Source of the DNA: Chitinophagales bacterium
Lineage (GTDB): Bacteria; Bacteroidota; Bacteroidia; Chitinophagales; CAIODY01
Assembly (NCBI GenBank): GCA_036719905.1
Contig: DAIMNW010000001.1
Coordinates: 1-36,105 of the forward strand
DNA length: 36,105 nucleotides
Direction of reading: 5' to 3'
Below, in pieces: positions 11,501-19,444 of this stretch (positions are counted from its first letter, which is position 1; every line of letters begins with the position of its first letter). A program made the position numbers and the translations under genes. Below the pieces are notes generated by a model. That model was not told the origin of the DNA. It made no database searches and saw nothing but the letters and a program-made list of their open reading frames with translations.

Positions 11501-12359
11501 CTGATTGGTTAGCGAAAAAATCTTCTGCCTTCTTATTATGGGTAATGCAGCCGAAATCTTGTAAGCCGTTTCGAGTGTCAATAGGCCAATAAACCAGCAG
11601 AGCAGTAGGAACAAAATCAATAATAGATCGAATTTGGGTTTTCAGCTGGGAGAGTTCTTCTTCCTGCTGGATAAAAGCTGAAATATTACGAGCAATAGTC
11701 GAAATGGAAAGCAAATTGCCAGCATCATCAAAATGTCCAAGGCTGATCTGTTGAGCAGGTATTTCTTTTTGAGTGTGTGTCAGCAATTTGACTTCACCTT
11801 CCCATATGCCTTTTTTCTTAATCTGATGAACAATTTCCGAATTAAAATACTTTAAAAAATCAGAGGTATACAGCAACGATAAACTGCGATTTTCTAATTG
11901 TGCATCAGGCCTGTAACCGAGCATTTTTTTACCTGCTGGATTAATGTATTCAATTTCGTTTTCAGTTCCATAGCATACTAGGTCATTCGAAAAATCCAAT
12001 ATTTTCTTGAATCGATTATTTGATCGTAGGTCACCCAAACGTTTTCCAATGTCTTCCTGTAAAACAATAATCTTTTGATTACTCTGATCATAGTTAAATC
12101 GAACCTCCAGAATCGAATTTGGAATAGTAAACGATGCCAAAGTAGTTCCCTCATTAATTAGCGAAGATTTTAGAACATGATTAAACAGTGCTAGCTGTCC
12201 CGAAGGTTCTAAACTCTTATAAAAATTTTCGAATTGGCTATCGCAAAATTCTATTTCATACTCCGTACTAAAGACCGCATAAGACAATCCAGAGAGCTTC
12301 AACATTTGTTGAAACAAATATTCACTTCCGGAACTTGGTCTCTTGGAGATAGATTCCAT
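8568..12359 (-). CDS. Multi-PAS hybrid sensor histidine kinase / response regulator (no obvious transmembrane segment)
   Basis: 1263 aa with several PAS-like modules. H-box FVSTISHEIRTPLNAVIG, N-box NLLSNAVKFT, G1 DSGIGIP, G2 GGTGLGL. C-terminal receiver domain: LLLAEDNLVNQQV, DLILMDLQMPAMDGYE, ISKPF. Confidence 0.85.
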   Translation of the reverse strand: MESISKRPSSGSEYLFQQMLKLSGLSYAVFSTEYEIEFCDSQFENFYKSLEPSGQLALFNHVLKSSLINEGTTLASFTIPNSILEVRFNYDQSNQKIIVLQEDIGKRLGDLRSNNRFKKILDFSNDLVCYGTENEIEYINPAGKKMLGYRPDAQLENRSLSLLYTSDFLKYFNSEIVHQIKKKGIWEGEVKLLTHTQKEIPAQQISLGHFDDAGNLLSISTIARNISAFIQQEEELSQLKTQIRSIIDFVPTALLVYWPIDTRNGLQDFGCITHNKKAEDFFANQSDPYLDKTFIDLFYEVDNHSLYNLAMKVMQTKETADVEIPMCFEGKNGWLKILISSYNSGFMMSFLDISRNKLFESKIEQRDLQLTEAQRLGKLGDWTFDLKTEIFSWSDEMYKIFEFDKDVNKPIKLADYISIIDPDDLQKRNELFDRLIKYGESYTIELKIKTKISGLKYLLVNAQAILENGSVAKVYGITQDITEQKRNELYLIETEKNLAEANSIIRMGSFEIDRKNNWKMTLPPLFFEVIEEEFRELKFEEFIRYVFGTETFTNLWHYRKVLENRDNFRTERKINLKNGKVKYLEFVSKKVTEEGSLVKVIGTFRDITDRKEKDLQLSDSEAKFRLLFDHNPTMYFILDDAFKISSVNQFGLDYLGYSKEELINHPVNAIVAEEDQDRNLENYKHLIGNATGFAQWEIRKMKKNGQMIWVKETAKLKQDIEGNLIILLICEDVTQEKIAAELLQKKQNQLISFVEAAPAAIAMFDKELCFIAYSKKWQEQYGQVGKIAIGLSYYSQMQSIPARWKAQHKRSLAGELYINECEQIIDEADKTHWLKHEIHPWYDINNEVGGLIILKEDITERKLQEIELQIAKEEAEAAAIAKQRFVSTISHEIRTPLNAVIGISNLLLMDNPKTEQLSDLKTLKFSAENLLILINDFLDYSKIDAGKITFEEIQFNLQEVANEITNSHQIKLKDKPVKIITSIDGRIPINVLGDPMRLSQVINNLLSNAVKFTSEGIIKLELDFKSETKEAITISFTVFDSGIGIPKDKHETIFESFTQAETNTSRKFGGTGLGLTIIKKILEAQGSTIELESEVGKGTKFFFDLAFKKINTNFNAQSHNNSSIDTLNSLPKLSNIHLLLAEDNLVNQQVLGKFLINWGITYEIAGNGLQAIDLFKSETFDLILMDLQMPAMDGYEATKFIRQHSQKSKSSIPVIALTAAALNNEKTLIKEAGMNDFISKPFNPVELYNKIVQFAEIGKKFSS

Positions 12360-12461
12360 GTTTGGTTGTTGGATGAAATTTTAGGTATTCTAAATTACAT
12401 GAAAATGTAATTCAACAACTAAGTTATTTTACTGAAAATGTAATTAGACTAAGAAAACGAA

Positions 12462-12486
12462 TAAGTGTCACATTATAAGACACTTA
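12462..12486 (-). terminator. Possible terminator hairpin downstream of def
   Basis: 8-bp stem TAAGTGTC/GACACTTA with a 9-nt loop. On the minus strand it is followed by ATTCGTTTTCTT and lies about 82 nt after the def stop. Confidence 0.3.
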
Positions 12487-12567
12487 CAAGTCAATTGAGG
12501 CAGAATTTCTACGCAATATCACGTAGTAACAACTTCCTATTTGCAAGAATAATTTCGTTGGATAATA

Positions 12568-13158
12568 TTATAAATCAGATTTTACCGCAAAACGCATTCG
12601 ATAATCTGTTTTGCTTCGGCCTGATGAAATGTCTTCTAAGCGCTTCTTCAATAATTTTCTTCGAAGAGGTTTTAGATGGTCGGTAAAAAGGATGCCTTCA
12701 ATATGATCATATTCATGCTGAATAATTCGGGCATTGATAGTGTCAAATGAATCGGTATGCTCTACAAAATTTTCGTCATGATATTGAATCGTAATTTTCT
12801 CTGGCCGGTACACATTTTCGCGAATATGAGGAATACTTAGGCAACCTTCATTATAAGCCCACTCGTCACCTTCGGTTTTAATAATTTGAGGATTAATAAA
12901 AATCTTTTTAGTGGTGTTTTTTAAAAAAGGTTTATCCTCGTCATCGTCTTCCGCATTTTTAGCCAGCTGAAGGCTGTCTATCATAAACAAACGTATGGCA
13001 TGTCCAATTTGAGGGGCCGCCAAACCTACACCATGCGCATGGTACATGGTTTCCCACATATCGGCAATCAGCTGTTTTAAATTCGGATAAGCTGGCGTTA
13101 TTTCTGCGCATTTCTGTTTTAGTATGGGGCTGCCATACGCTACTATGGGTAATATCAT
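12568..13158 (-). CDS. def: Peptide deformylase
   Basis: 196 aa with all three PDF motifs: GVGLAAPQIG, EGCLSIP, HEYDHIEG. The start overlaps the ruvX stop (ATGA). Confidence 0.9.
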   Translation of the reverse strand: MILPIVAYGSPILKQKCAEITPAYPNLKQLIADMWETMYHAHGVGLAAPQIGHAIRLFMIDSLQLAKNAEDDDEDKPFLKNTTKKIFINPQIIKTEGDEWAYNEGCLSIPHIRENVYRPEKITIQYHDENFVEHTDSFDTINARIIQHEYDHIEGILFTDHLKPLRRKLLKKRLEDISSGRSKTDYRMRFAVKSDL

Positions 13159-13574
13159 GATATTGTGGTTCGGTTTAAATATTCCTGTAACAAAATGGTG
13201 GCACTAATTCTATCCACCAGCTGTTTATCACGTCGTTGCATTTTTTTTAATCCGGTTTGGAGCATGGTGGCCTCTGCCATTTTACTACTAAATCTTTCAT
13301 CTACCATTACCACTGGCATTAAAGGCAGGGCCGTTTTTAGCTTGGAAGTAAAATTTACAACTATCGGTGTGGCATCTGTGGCCGTGTTGTCTAGGTTTTT
13401 TGGTAAGCCAATAATTATTTTCTCCACAGCTTCTTTAGCACAATACCCTACAATGAAGTTAATAGCTGTGCTACTTTCCACGGTGGTAAGCGAACTGGCA
13501 ATTATTTGTAAAGGGTCGGTAACGGCTATGCCTGTACGTTTGGAGCCATAATCAATCGATAAAATACGGGGCAT
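13155..13574 (-). CDS. ruvX: Holliday junction resolvase-like protein RuvX (YqgF)
   Basis: N-terminus MPRILSIDYGSKRTGIAVTD is typical of the YqgF family. The ATG at 13574 is preferred over the upstream TTG at 13598. 4-nt overlap with def. Confidence 0.8.
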   Translation of the reverse strand: MPRILSIDYGSKRTGIAVTDPLQIIASSLTTVESSTAINFIVGYCAKEAVEKIIIGLPKNLDNTATDATPIVVNFTSKLKTALPLMPVVMVDERFSSKMAEATMLQTGLKKMQRRDKQLVDRISATILLQEYLNRTTIS

Positions 13575-13624
13575 GCGTTTATTTAGTTGCGATTGCAAAA
13601 ATAAACTTTCATTTTTGTTTAATC

Positions 13625-14392
13625 ATGAATAAAAAATCAAGTGCCGTATTTCTGATTTTGGCTATCCTATCAAAATCGCTCGTAGCTCAACATATTTCCC
13701 TTCGAGAAGCCAATTACGAACTTTGGCAAAATGCCTGGAGTATTTACCAAGCACCATCGCATATGAACGAACGGGCGCTCATGGCCACCGCCGCTACTTT
13801 TACTTCCACCATTTTTTTATTGCAGAATGATGAACAGGTAAAAATGTTTATTCAACAATACAAAACACCGGGAACAATCAAAGCAGCCAAGTATTTTGAC
13901 AAAGCTGGCCAAACTCACTACGACCTAGCCGTTGCCGCCCTTGTGTGCGCAGGTGGCGTATTCGCAAAAAACCAACGAGTAGCCAACGGTGGATATGATG
14001 CCATTCAAGCGCTGCTCCTGTCAGGTGCTATAGGCATGGGCATGAAAATAGCTTTTGGTCGTGAGCGGCCTTATCAATCGGCCACAAGTACCCAGTGGTT
14101 TCAAAATCCTATTAAGATTCAGAAAAAGTATTATACATCATTTCCTTCAGGGCATTCGCTTTCGGCTTTCGCCTTAGCTGGTTCCTTGGCTCCTTTGTTT
14201 ACCGGAAAATATAAATGGTTGCAAATACCTGTGTATGCCGCCGCTACGGGAGTGGCACTTAGCCGTGTGCATGATAACAAACATTGGCCTAGCGACATCT
14301 TAATCGGAAGTGCATTGGGTTATGCTGTATCTAAAGTGGTGGTAAAAAACCGCCAAACAAAATTTGCCCACGAAACTCCATTTACATTTTAA
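13625..14392 (+). CDS. PAP2 superfamily phosphatase (membrane/periplasmic)
   Basis: 255 aa with a signal peptide. Acid-phosphatase motifs K-x6-RP (KIAFGRERP), PSGH (FPSGHS) and SR-x5-H-x3-D (SRVHDNKHWPSD). Confidence 0.8.
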   Translation: MNKKSSAVFLILAILSKSLVAQHISLREANYELWQNAWSIYQAPSHMNERALMATAATFTSTIFLLQNDEQVKMFIQQYKTPGTIKAAKYFDKAGQTHYDLAVAALVCAGGVFAKNQRVANGGYDAIQALLLSGAIGMGMKIAFGRERPYQSATSTQWFQNPIKIQKKYYTSFPSGHSLSAFALAGSLAPLFTGKYKWLQIPVYAAATGVALSRVHDNKHWPSDILIGSALGYAVSKVVVKNRQTKFAHETPFTF

Positions 14393-14404
14393 CGATAGAT
14401 AAAT

Positions 14405-14872
14405 ATGCCTCCTATCTGGAAATATCAATTTGATGCCGAAACCGTAACCCGTTTGTTTATGACCAATAATATGATTGGATACATTGGCATTACCTGCAAT
14501 GAGGTAGGCGAAAATTATCTGATTGGAAAAATGCCCGTTGACGAACGTACCAAGCAGTCGGCAGGCTTGCTGCATGGAGGCGCCAATGTTACCCTGGCCG
14601 AAAGTATAGGCAGTCTGGCGGCCAATTTGTGTATTGATCAGGAGAAATATTATGCCGTGGGGCTCGAAATAAATGCCAATCATATTCGCTCGGTGAGCAG
14701 TGGTTGGGTATTTGGCAAAGCCACACCCATTCATCTGGGGCAAAGCACACAGCTATGGGGCATTGAAATAAAAGATGAAACAGGGCGTTTGCTCTGTGTA
14801 GTGCGACATACCATTGCTGTATTAGAAAAACAAAAAACTTCCCATCTCGTATTTAATCTACCACGATTATGA
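14405..14872 (+). CDS. PaaI/YbdB-type hotdog-fold thioesterase
   Basis: 155 aa. Has the LHGGANVTLAESIGS block and overall length typical of the PaaI thioesterase family. Confidence 0.75.
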   Translation: MPPIWKYQFDAETVTRLFMTNNMIGYIGITCNEVGENYLIGKMPVDERTKQSAGLLHGGANVTLAESIGSLAANLCIDQEKYYAVGLEINANHIRSVSSGWVFGKATPIHLGQSTQLWGIEIKDETGRLLCVVRHTIAVLEKQKTSHLVFNLPRL

Positions 14873-14896
14873 TAGCAATGGCTATCAGAATAATAC

Positions 14897-15517
14897 ATGC
14901 GTACTAAATTGGGTTTATTAGTTCTGGTTTTATTGTGCAGCGCAGCCTGCTGCTATGCTCAAGTGCCCATGTTAAAAACTGCCTACGATACCATTCGGGT
15001 TTATGGCGAAGTGGTCAATGGCGATACCATTCCGGTGGTTTATCTTAGGCAGGTGGATGTGTGGGGTAAAAAACGCTGGCTCAGTAAAAGAAAAAAAGAT
15101 GCTTACGGCCATCTGAAAGAAGATGTAGAGTTGGCTTATCCATATGCCAAGCAAGCAGCCATTGTGCTAAGCGATATACATGCCCATCTGGATAAGATGA
15201 CAAGTGAAAAAGAAAAGCGGCGCTACATACACCTTCGCGAAAAAGAAATTACCAATAGTTTTAAGGCAGCAGCCGAAGATATGTACACCCGGCAAGGTCG
15301 CATTTTGATAATGCTCATTGACCGCCAAACCGGCCACACCTGCTACGATGTGCTCAAAGAATTGAAAGGCGACATACGGGCCTGGGGTTATCAAACCATT
15401 GCAGTGATTTATGACGACGATTTGAATTTAAAACGTCCTTATAACCCGATGGAACACCAGGATATTGAAAAAATAATTTATGAAATCGAGCATCCACCGG
15501 TGGGGGAGGTGAAGTAA
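14897..15517 (+). CDS. Secreted hypothetical protein, DUF4294-like
   Basis: 206 aa with a signal peptide. Blocks AYPYAKQAA, TRQGRILIMLIDRQTGHTCYDVLKELKG and LKRPYNP resemble my recollection of the Bacteroidota DUF4294 family; not verified by search. Confidence 0.5.
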   Translation: MRTKLGLLVLVLLCSAACCYAQVPMLKTAYDTIRVYGEVVNGDTIPVVYLRQVDVWGKKRWLSKRKKDAYGHLKEDVELAYPYAKQAAIVLSDIHAHLDKMTSEKEKRRYIHLREKEITNSFKAAAEDMYTRQGRILIMLIDRQTGHTCYDVLKELKGDIRAWGYQTIAVIYDDDLNLKRPYNPMEHQDIEKIIYEIEHPPVGEVK

Positions 15518-15530
15518 GATTTATTACTTT
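15511..15530. terminator. Weak AT-rich hairpin spanning both convergent stop codons
   Basis: GAAGTAA-gattta-TTACTTT (7-bp stem, one G-U pair). Contains the + strand TAA (15515-15517) and the - strand TAA (15524-15526). Confidence 0.2.
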
Positions 15531-16999
15531 TTCACATCCACAGAATACGGATCTACAGAAAGCAGGGCTGAGTAATCAGCGTCAACCTCAAGCGTATTCA
15601 AATCTATACGGCTGAGGTAGCCTTGATTACCAGCACACTTGGTAGTATGATGGGGCGCAGGACCTGTAGCATTTACATTCCGACTGGCCACAAAAACCTT
15701 TTCGTCTTTATCATCTACCACCAAGCCATGTGGCTGAAAAAAGCCTTCAGAAATTGTTTTTACCAAGCCAAATGTTTGATAATTGATTACGGCTACACTG
15801 CCTCGGCAAGGTTCGCCGGTACAGTCGGCATCTTCCATGGTGCTTACAAACAAATAAGGATGTGTGATAGAAATACTCATTTCCTGAGGGGTGGTGCCTG
15901 TGGGAATAATGGCAATTAATGAATCGTTAGATGTTTGCAGCACTCGTACCTCATTCGATTTTTGACAGGTAACAAAATAGTGCTTATGGTCAGGCGTAAA
16001 TTGAATTTCGTGTGGGTCGAGCGACGAAGTAGTGGTAGGCGCCTGACCAGTTACCAGACTCACTTGTTGAATATTGGGAAAGTAGGGGTCGCTTACATCG
16101 AGCTTAAAAATAAAATTGCCATACTGCGCCGTAATGTAAAGCGTATCGCCGGTAGCATTGCCGGTTATACCATGAGGGAAAGTAAAAATGCTGCCGCTAT
16201 AGATTTTTAACAAGGTCATATTTTGCAAATCAACATAGGCTATGCTGCCGGGATTGCTCCAGTTTACGGCAAAGCCATGTCGGCTATCGGGAGTTATGTA
16301 AAAGGTATTCCACGAAACATTGGTGCCTAGGGTAAGGGTTCCGGCTGGTGAGTTGTCAGCAGTACTGAATTTTTGAAGTATTGTATTGTTTGAAAATACT
16401 ACATAATAGTACTGCCCATCGGGACTTACCACCACCCGGTGAGGTGTTTCATTGTTTACCAAATCATTGCCCACTGAAATAAACCGCGAAACCAATCCCG
16501 ATTGGGCATCGACCACAGCCACCAAATCGCAACCTTGATTCGTAATATAAATTTTAGTAGAAGCTGGATGGCTAAAGGCCACCTCCCCTTTGTCGTTTGG
16601 CGCTCCGTTTAGTATCCAGGTCTTCAGTGTAAGCATATCGTCGTGCGATAAAGGCTGTCCACCGGAAGGCATGGTGGGCGTTAATTTAAATCCTAAATCG
16701 TCATAGGTATTGCAATGCAAAAACAGGTGGCTCTCATCAGGTGCATACGGAATGCAAACTGCGCCTTCGCCGCTACCGGCCATTAGACTGTTCCAGTTTT
16801 CAAGGTTAAGACCAGAAGCTAGTTCTTTGTCATGTGCATTATGGCAACCGGCATTGACACACTGGGTTAAAATAATTTTGGCAACAGGAGACGGGTAACC
16901 ACTTTTTGCAGGCAATGCTTTTTCACGTGTACAGGAATGGAAAATAGCAGTGGCTATAAGCAACACCAGCGCAAATTTTTTTGTGATTAGACTTCTCAT
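15524..16999 (-). CDS. Lipoprotein with an N-terminal cytochrome-c-like (C-x4-CH) module and a YVTN/YncE-type beta-propeller
   Basis: 491 aa. Lipobox AIFHSC. N-terminal QCVNAGCHN...TMPSGGQPLSHDDMLTLKTWILNGAP. Repeated propeller-like blocks follow (PHRVVVSPDGQYYYVV, PHGITGNATGDTLYIT, PHEIQFTPDHKHYFVT, PHGLVVDDKDEKVFVA). The start is 2 nt after the thiE stop. Confidence 0.6.
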   Translation of the reverse strand: MRSLITKKFALVLLIATAIFHSCTREKALPAKSGYPSPVAKIILTQCVNAGCHNAHDKELASGLNLENWNSLMAGSGEGAVCIPYAPDESHLFLHCNTYDDLGFKLTPTMPSGGQPLSHDDMLTLKTWILNGAPNDKGEVAFSHPASTKIYITNQGCDLVAVVDAQSGLVSRFISVGNDLVNNETPHRVVVSPDGQYYYVVFSNNTILQKFSTADNSPAGTLTLGTNVSWNTFYITPDSRHGFAVNWSNPGSIAYVDLQNMTLLKIYSGSIFTFPHGITGNATGDTLYITAQYGNFIFKLDVSDPYFPNIQQVSLVTGQAPTTTSSLDPHEIQFTPDHKHYFVTCQKSNEVRVLQTSNDSLIAIIPTGTTPQEMSISITHPYLFVSTMEDADCTGEPCRGSVAVINYQTFGLVKTISEGFFQPHGLVVDDKDEKVFVASRNVNATGPAPHHTTKCAGNQGYLSRIDLNTLEVDADYSALLSVDPYSVDVKK

Positions 17000-17001
17000 A
17001 T

Positions 17002-17658
17002 TTACGTGATGGGTTGGTAAAATTGATTAATTGCTTGTAAAAATAATTTTGCTTGTGCTGCAGGTTGCTCTGCATTTGAAATTGCTGTAACCACAGCCAA
17101 GCCATGTACACCAGTGCTTAGCACTTCATTTACCTCGGGTAATTTTATTCCACCTATGGAAATCATGGGTAAGCTTAAATTTTCTTGCCGGTACTGTTCC
17201 AGTATTTGGTGTAGTTTTTCATAACCAATCACCGGATTTAAATTTTCTTTGGTTTGGGTAAAATGCAATGGGCCTATGCCTGCATAGTCTGCCCCATCGG
17301 CCTGCGCTTGCTTTATTTGTTCAAAAGTGTTTGTCGATTTACCAACAATCAAACGGCTACCAACTATGATTCTGGCCTCCGCTATTCTCATATCCTTTTG
17401 TCCAATATGAACGCCATCGGCTTCTATTTCTTTAGCCAATTGCACGTAATCATTTACAATAAAAGTGGCATCATGTTTTTTGCAAATAGCCTTTACAGCT
17501 TGCGCTATTGTTTTTCTTTCAGCATAGGGGCGCTCAGCCTTGTCTCTCAATTGCACCCAACGCACTCCGGCGGCACATACTTCATCTATCATTTGATAAA
17601 ATGACGGAAGTTCCAAAGGTGTGGGAGTAACAAATTGAAAACGAGCAATAGTTGGCAT
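17002..17658 (-). CDS. thiE: Thiamine-phosphate synthase
   Basis: About 218 aa from the ATG at 17658 (upstream TTG at 17700 is less likely). Conserved blocks VQLRDK, VHIGQKDM, ADYAGIGPLHFTQTK, ISIGGI. Confidence 0.85.
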   Translation of the reverse strand: MPTIARFQFVTPTPLELPSFYQMIDEVCAAGVRWVQLRDKAERPYAERKTIAQAVKAICKKHDATFIVNDYVQLAKEIEADGVHIGQKDMRIAEARIIVGSRLIVGKSTNTFEQIKQAQADGADYAGIGPLHFTQTKENLNPVIGYEKLHQILEQYRQENLSLPMISIGGIKLPEVNEVLSTGVHGLAVVTAISNAEQPAAQAKLFLQAINQFYQPIT

Positions 17659-17774
17659 AGTGTATAAAGAAGAAGCGAAAATAAACCATTCTTGATTCAA
17701 TTTCTATCCTGAACGAATTTCTTTTGGTTAATGAGGGGTATAAGCTAACTTTACATAAAACATCACCTCTACGT

Positions 17775-19310
17775 ATGCGCCTACTACTCATAGTTCTATT
17801 TGTGTTAAAAACGTTGCTTGGTATGGCGCAGCCACCCGATTGCAATGCAGGCTTGATCTATATCATTAATGGCACCCAGATTAAGAATTTTGACCCTACA
17901 TTACCACAGTCGGCAATCAATCCGTGGGTAAATACCATCACTTTAAATCCCTCTAGCAGTTCCTTGGCCGTTTCCAATAATCTTAACGGCGGCGCCACTT
18001 CGCCTACTTTTTATACTATTTCGGGTGGTACCTTCTGGTATTATGATGGCCCCACCAATAGTTTTATTAATACCGGCCATAGCACCGGCAATGGTGCGGC
18101 AGTGAATATAGGCGGCGGCGGAAATTATATCTATAACCTGGTTGGCTCTACTGGTCAAATCTATCGCTACGATGGCACAGGCCCGGCCACTTTATTGACC
18201 ACTATTGCCTCGTTTGCCGGTGGCGGCCCTTATGATGTGGTGGGCGATTGTGCCGGTAATTTTTATTTATTAAACAATATGTTGCATACACTTGAAAAGT
18301 ATAACTCGAATGGAACTTTGATAGCTACTTATACCTCGAATAGCATTGCCAGTCCTTCGGGTGGGGGATTTGCCATTATTGGCAATAAAATCTACTACGA
18401 TAATGGATCGTATTTCGAAGGCGTATTAAATCAAGGGGCACTCACAGTTACCTTTAACACTACCCCCGGCACATCATTAGGCCCATCCGATTTTGCTTCA
18501 TGTCCTGTAGGGGCACTCGGCACTTTACAGGTTAGCCAAGATACCATTTACTACTGTGGAACCGGACCCGGAACACAAGTGAATGTAATCCCTGCCAACC
18601 CAAATTGTTTCTGGACCGTGGCATCGGGAAATGGGAATATAACCGGAACCGGCACTTCAGTTATTCTTTCTGCTTCTTCCGATACCCGATTTGTAGTACA
18701 CGACACTACCGGCGTATGTGGCCCGGCAACAGATACAGTAGATATCATTTTGCCAAAAGCCACCCTCGATGCCGGTTCAGATATTATTGTGGCTTGTCGC
18801 AATGCCAATCCGGTTCAATTATCAGCCGCTTATAGCGACACTACAGCCGGCATACGATACAGCTTCGCTTGGTCACCTGCCGATTCTATTTTGACAGGAA
18901 TAACAACCCTGTCGCCTACCGCCAAAGCTACCAATGGTAATGTTTATACCATCACCCTGAAGACCGATACGGCAAAAGGCGGTTGCACATTTACCGATGA
19001 TGTAAAAGTAGTTCGAGCGGCAGGTTGTGGCGATATTGTGATGCCTTCGGCTTTCAGCCCCAATGGAGACAATAGGAACGATTGGTTCAGGGCCACAGGA
19101 GCCACCGATAATATTTCCTATTTCAAATTAGAGGTTTATAACCGTTGGGGCCAATTGGTTTATGCCTCTGCTGATGTTATGGCAGGTTGGAATGGAAAAG
19201 TGAACAGCAAACCTGTTGATATGGGCAGCTATGTATGGTTGCTTACTTATACCACTCGTGATACCGGAGTTACTACTAAAAAAGAAGGCAATGTCACTTT
19301 AGTCAGATAA
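17775..19310 (+). CDS. T9SS type-B sorting domain (gliding-motility-associated C-terminal domain) cargo protein
   Basis: Signal peptide MRLLLIVLFVLKTLLGMAQ from the ATG at 17775. C-terminal about 90 aa: MPSAFSPNGDNRNDWF...FKLEVYNRWGQLVY...GWNGK...GSYVWLLTY, matching the type-B CTD pattern. Confidence 0.8.
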   Translation: MRLLLIVLFVLKTLLGMAQPPDCNAGLIYIINGTQIKNFDPTLPQSAINPWVNTITLNPSSSSLAVSNNLNGGATSPTFYTISGGTFWYYDGPTNSFINTGHSTGNGAAVNIGGGGNYIYNLVGSTGQIYRYDGTGPATLLTTIASFAGGGPYDVVGDCAGNFYLLNNMLHTLEKYNSNGTLIATYTSNSIASPSGGGFAIIGNKIYYDNGSYFEGVLNQGALTVTFNTTPGTSLGPSDFASCPVGALGTLQVSQDTIYYCGTGPGTQVNVIPANPNCFWTVASGNGNITGTGTSVILSASSDTRFVVHDTTGVCGPATDTVDIILPKATLDAGSDIIVACRNANPVQLSAAYSDTTAGIRYSFAWSPADSILTGITTLSPTAKATNGNVYTITLKTDTAKGGCTFTDDVKVVRAAGCGDIVMPSAFSPNGDNRNDWFRATGATDNISYFKLEVYNRWGQLVYASADVMAGWNGKVNSKPVDMGSYVWLLTYTTRDTGVTTKKEGNVTLVR

Positions 19311-19444
19311 GTCGCTTGCTTTCTGCTCAGCATAATGGGTTTTATTCACATCATTCTCACATCAATCATTCAATTAATTGGCTTAGGCGCTTATCTTTAC
19401 GGCTAAATAGTTTACCCACTAGATATCCTAATAGCCCCCTCCCG

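Noticed and set aside
8568-12359. Visibly lower GC in the kinase gene and in 28800-31318 than in 13600-20500, which could indicate foreign DNA.
   Set aside because: I cannot compute composition reliably by eye, and there are no flanking mobility genes or repeats. Noted only as context for the TA cassette.
13165-13551. 128-aa + strand ORF antisense to ruvX.
   Set aside because: It lies entirely inside ruvX, which has the diagnostic YqgF N-terminus. It is a shadow ORF.
14300-14743. 147-aa minus-strand ORF spanning the PAP2 3' end and the thioesterase.
   Set aside because: It overlaps two + strand genes that have clear family motifs. It has no recognisable motifs of its own.
17659-17800. Possible TPP riboswitch upstream of thiE (minus strand).
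   Set aside because: I read the reverse complement and found no CUGAGA box or ACCUGAUCUGGAUAAUGCCAGCG-like element. The region is also occupied by the divergent gene's 5' end. A covariance-model scan would settle it.
19316-19444. 43-codon N-terminal extension of the DegT ORF from a TTG.
   Set aside because: The extension (MLSAQHNGFYSHHSHINHS...) has no counterpart in the family. Family-typical sequence begins at MEAPFVDLF (ATG at 19445).
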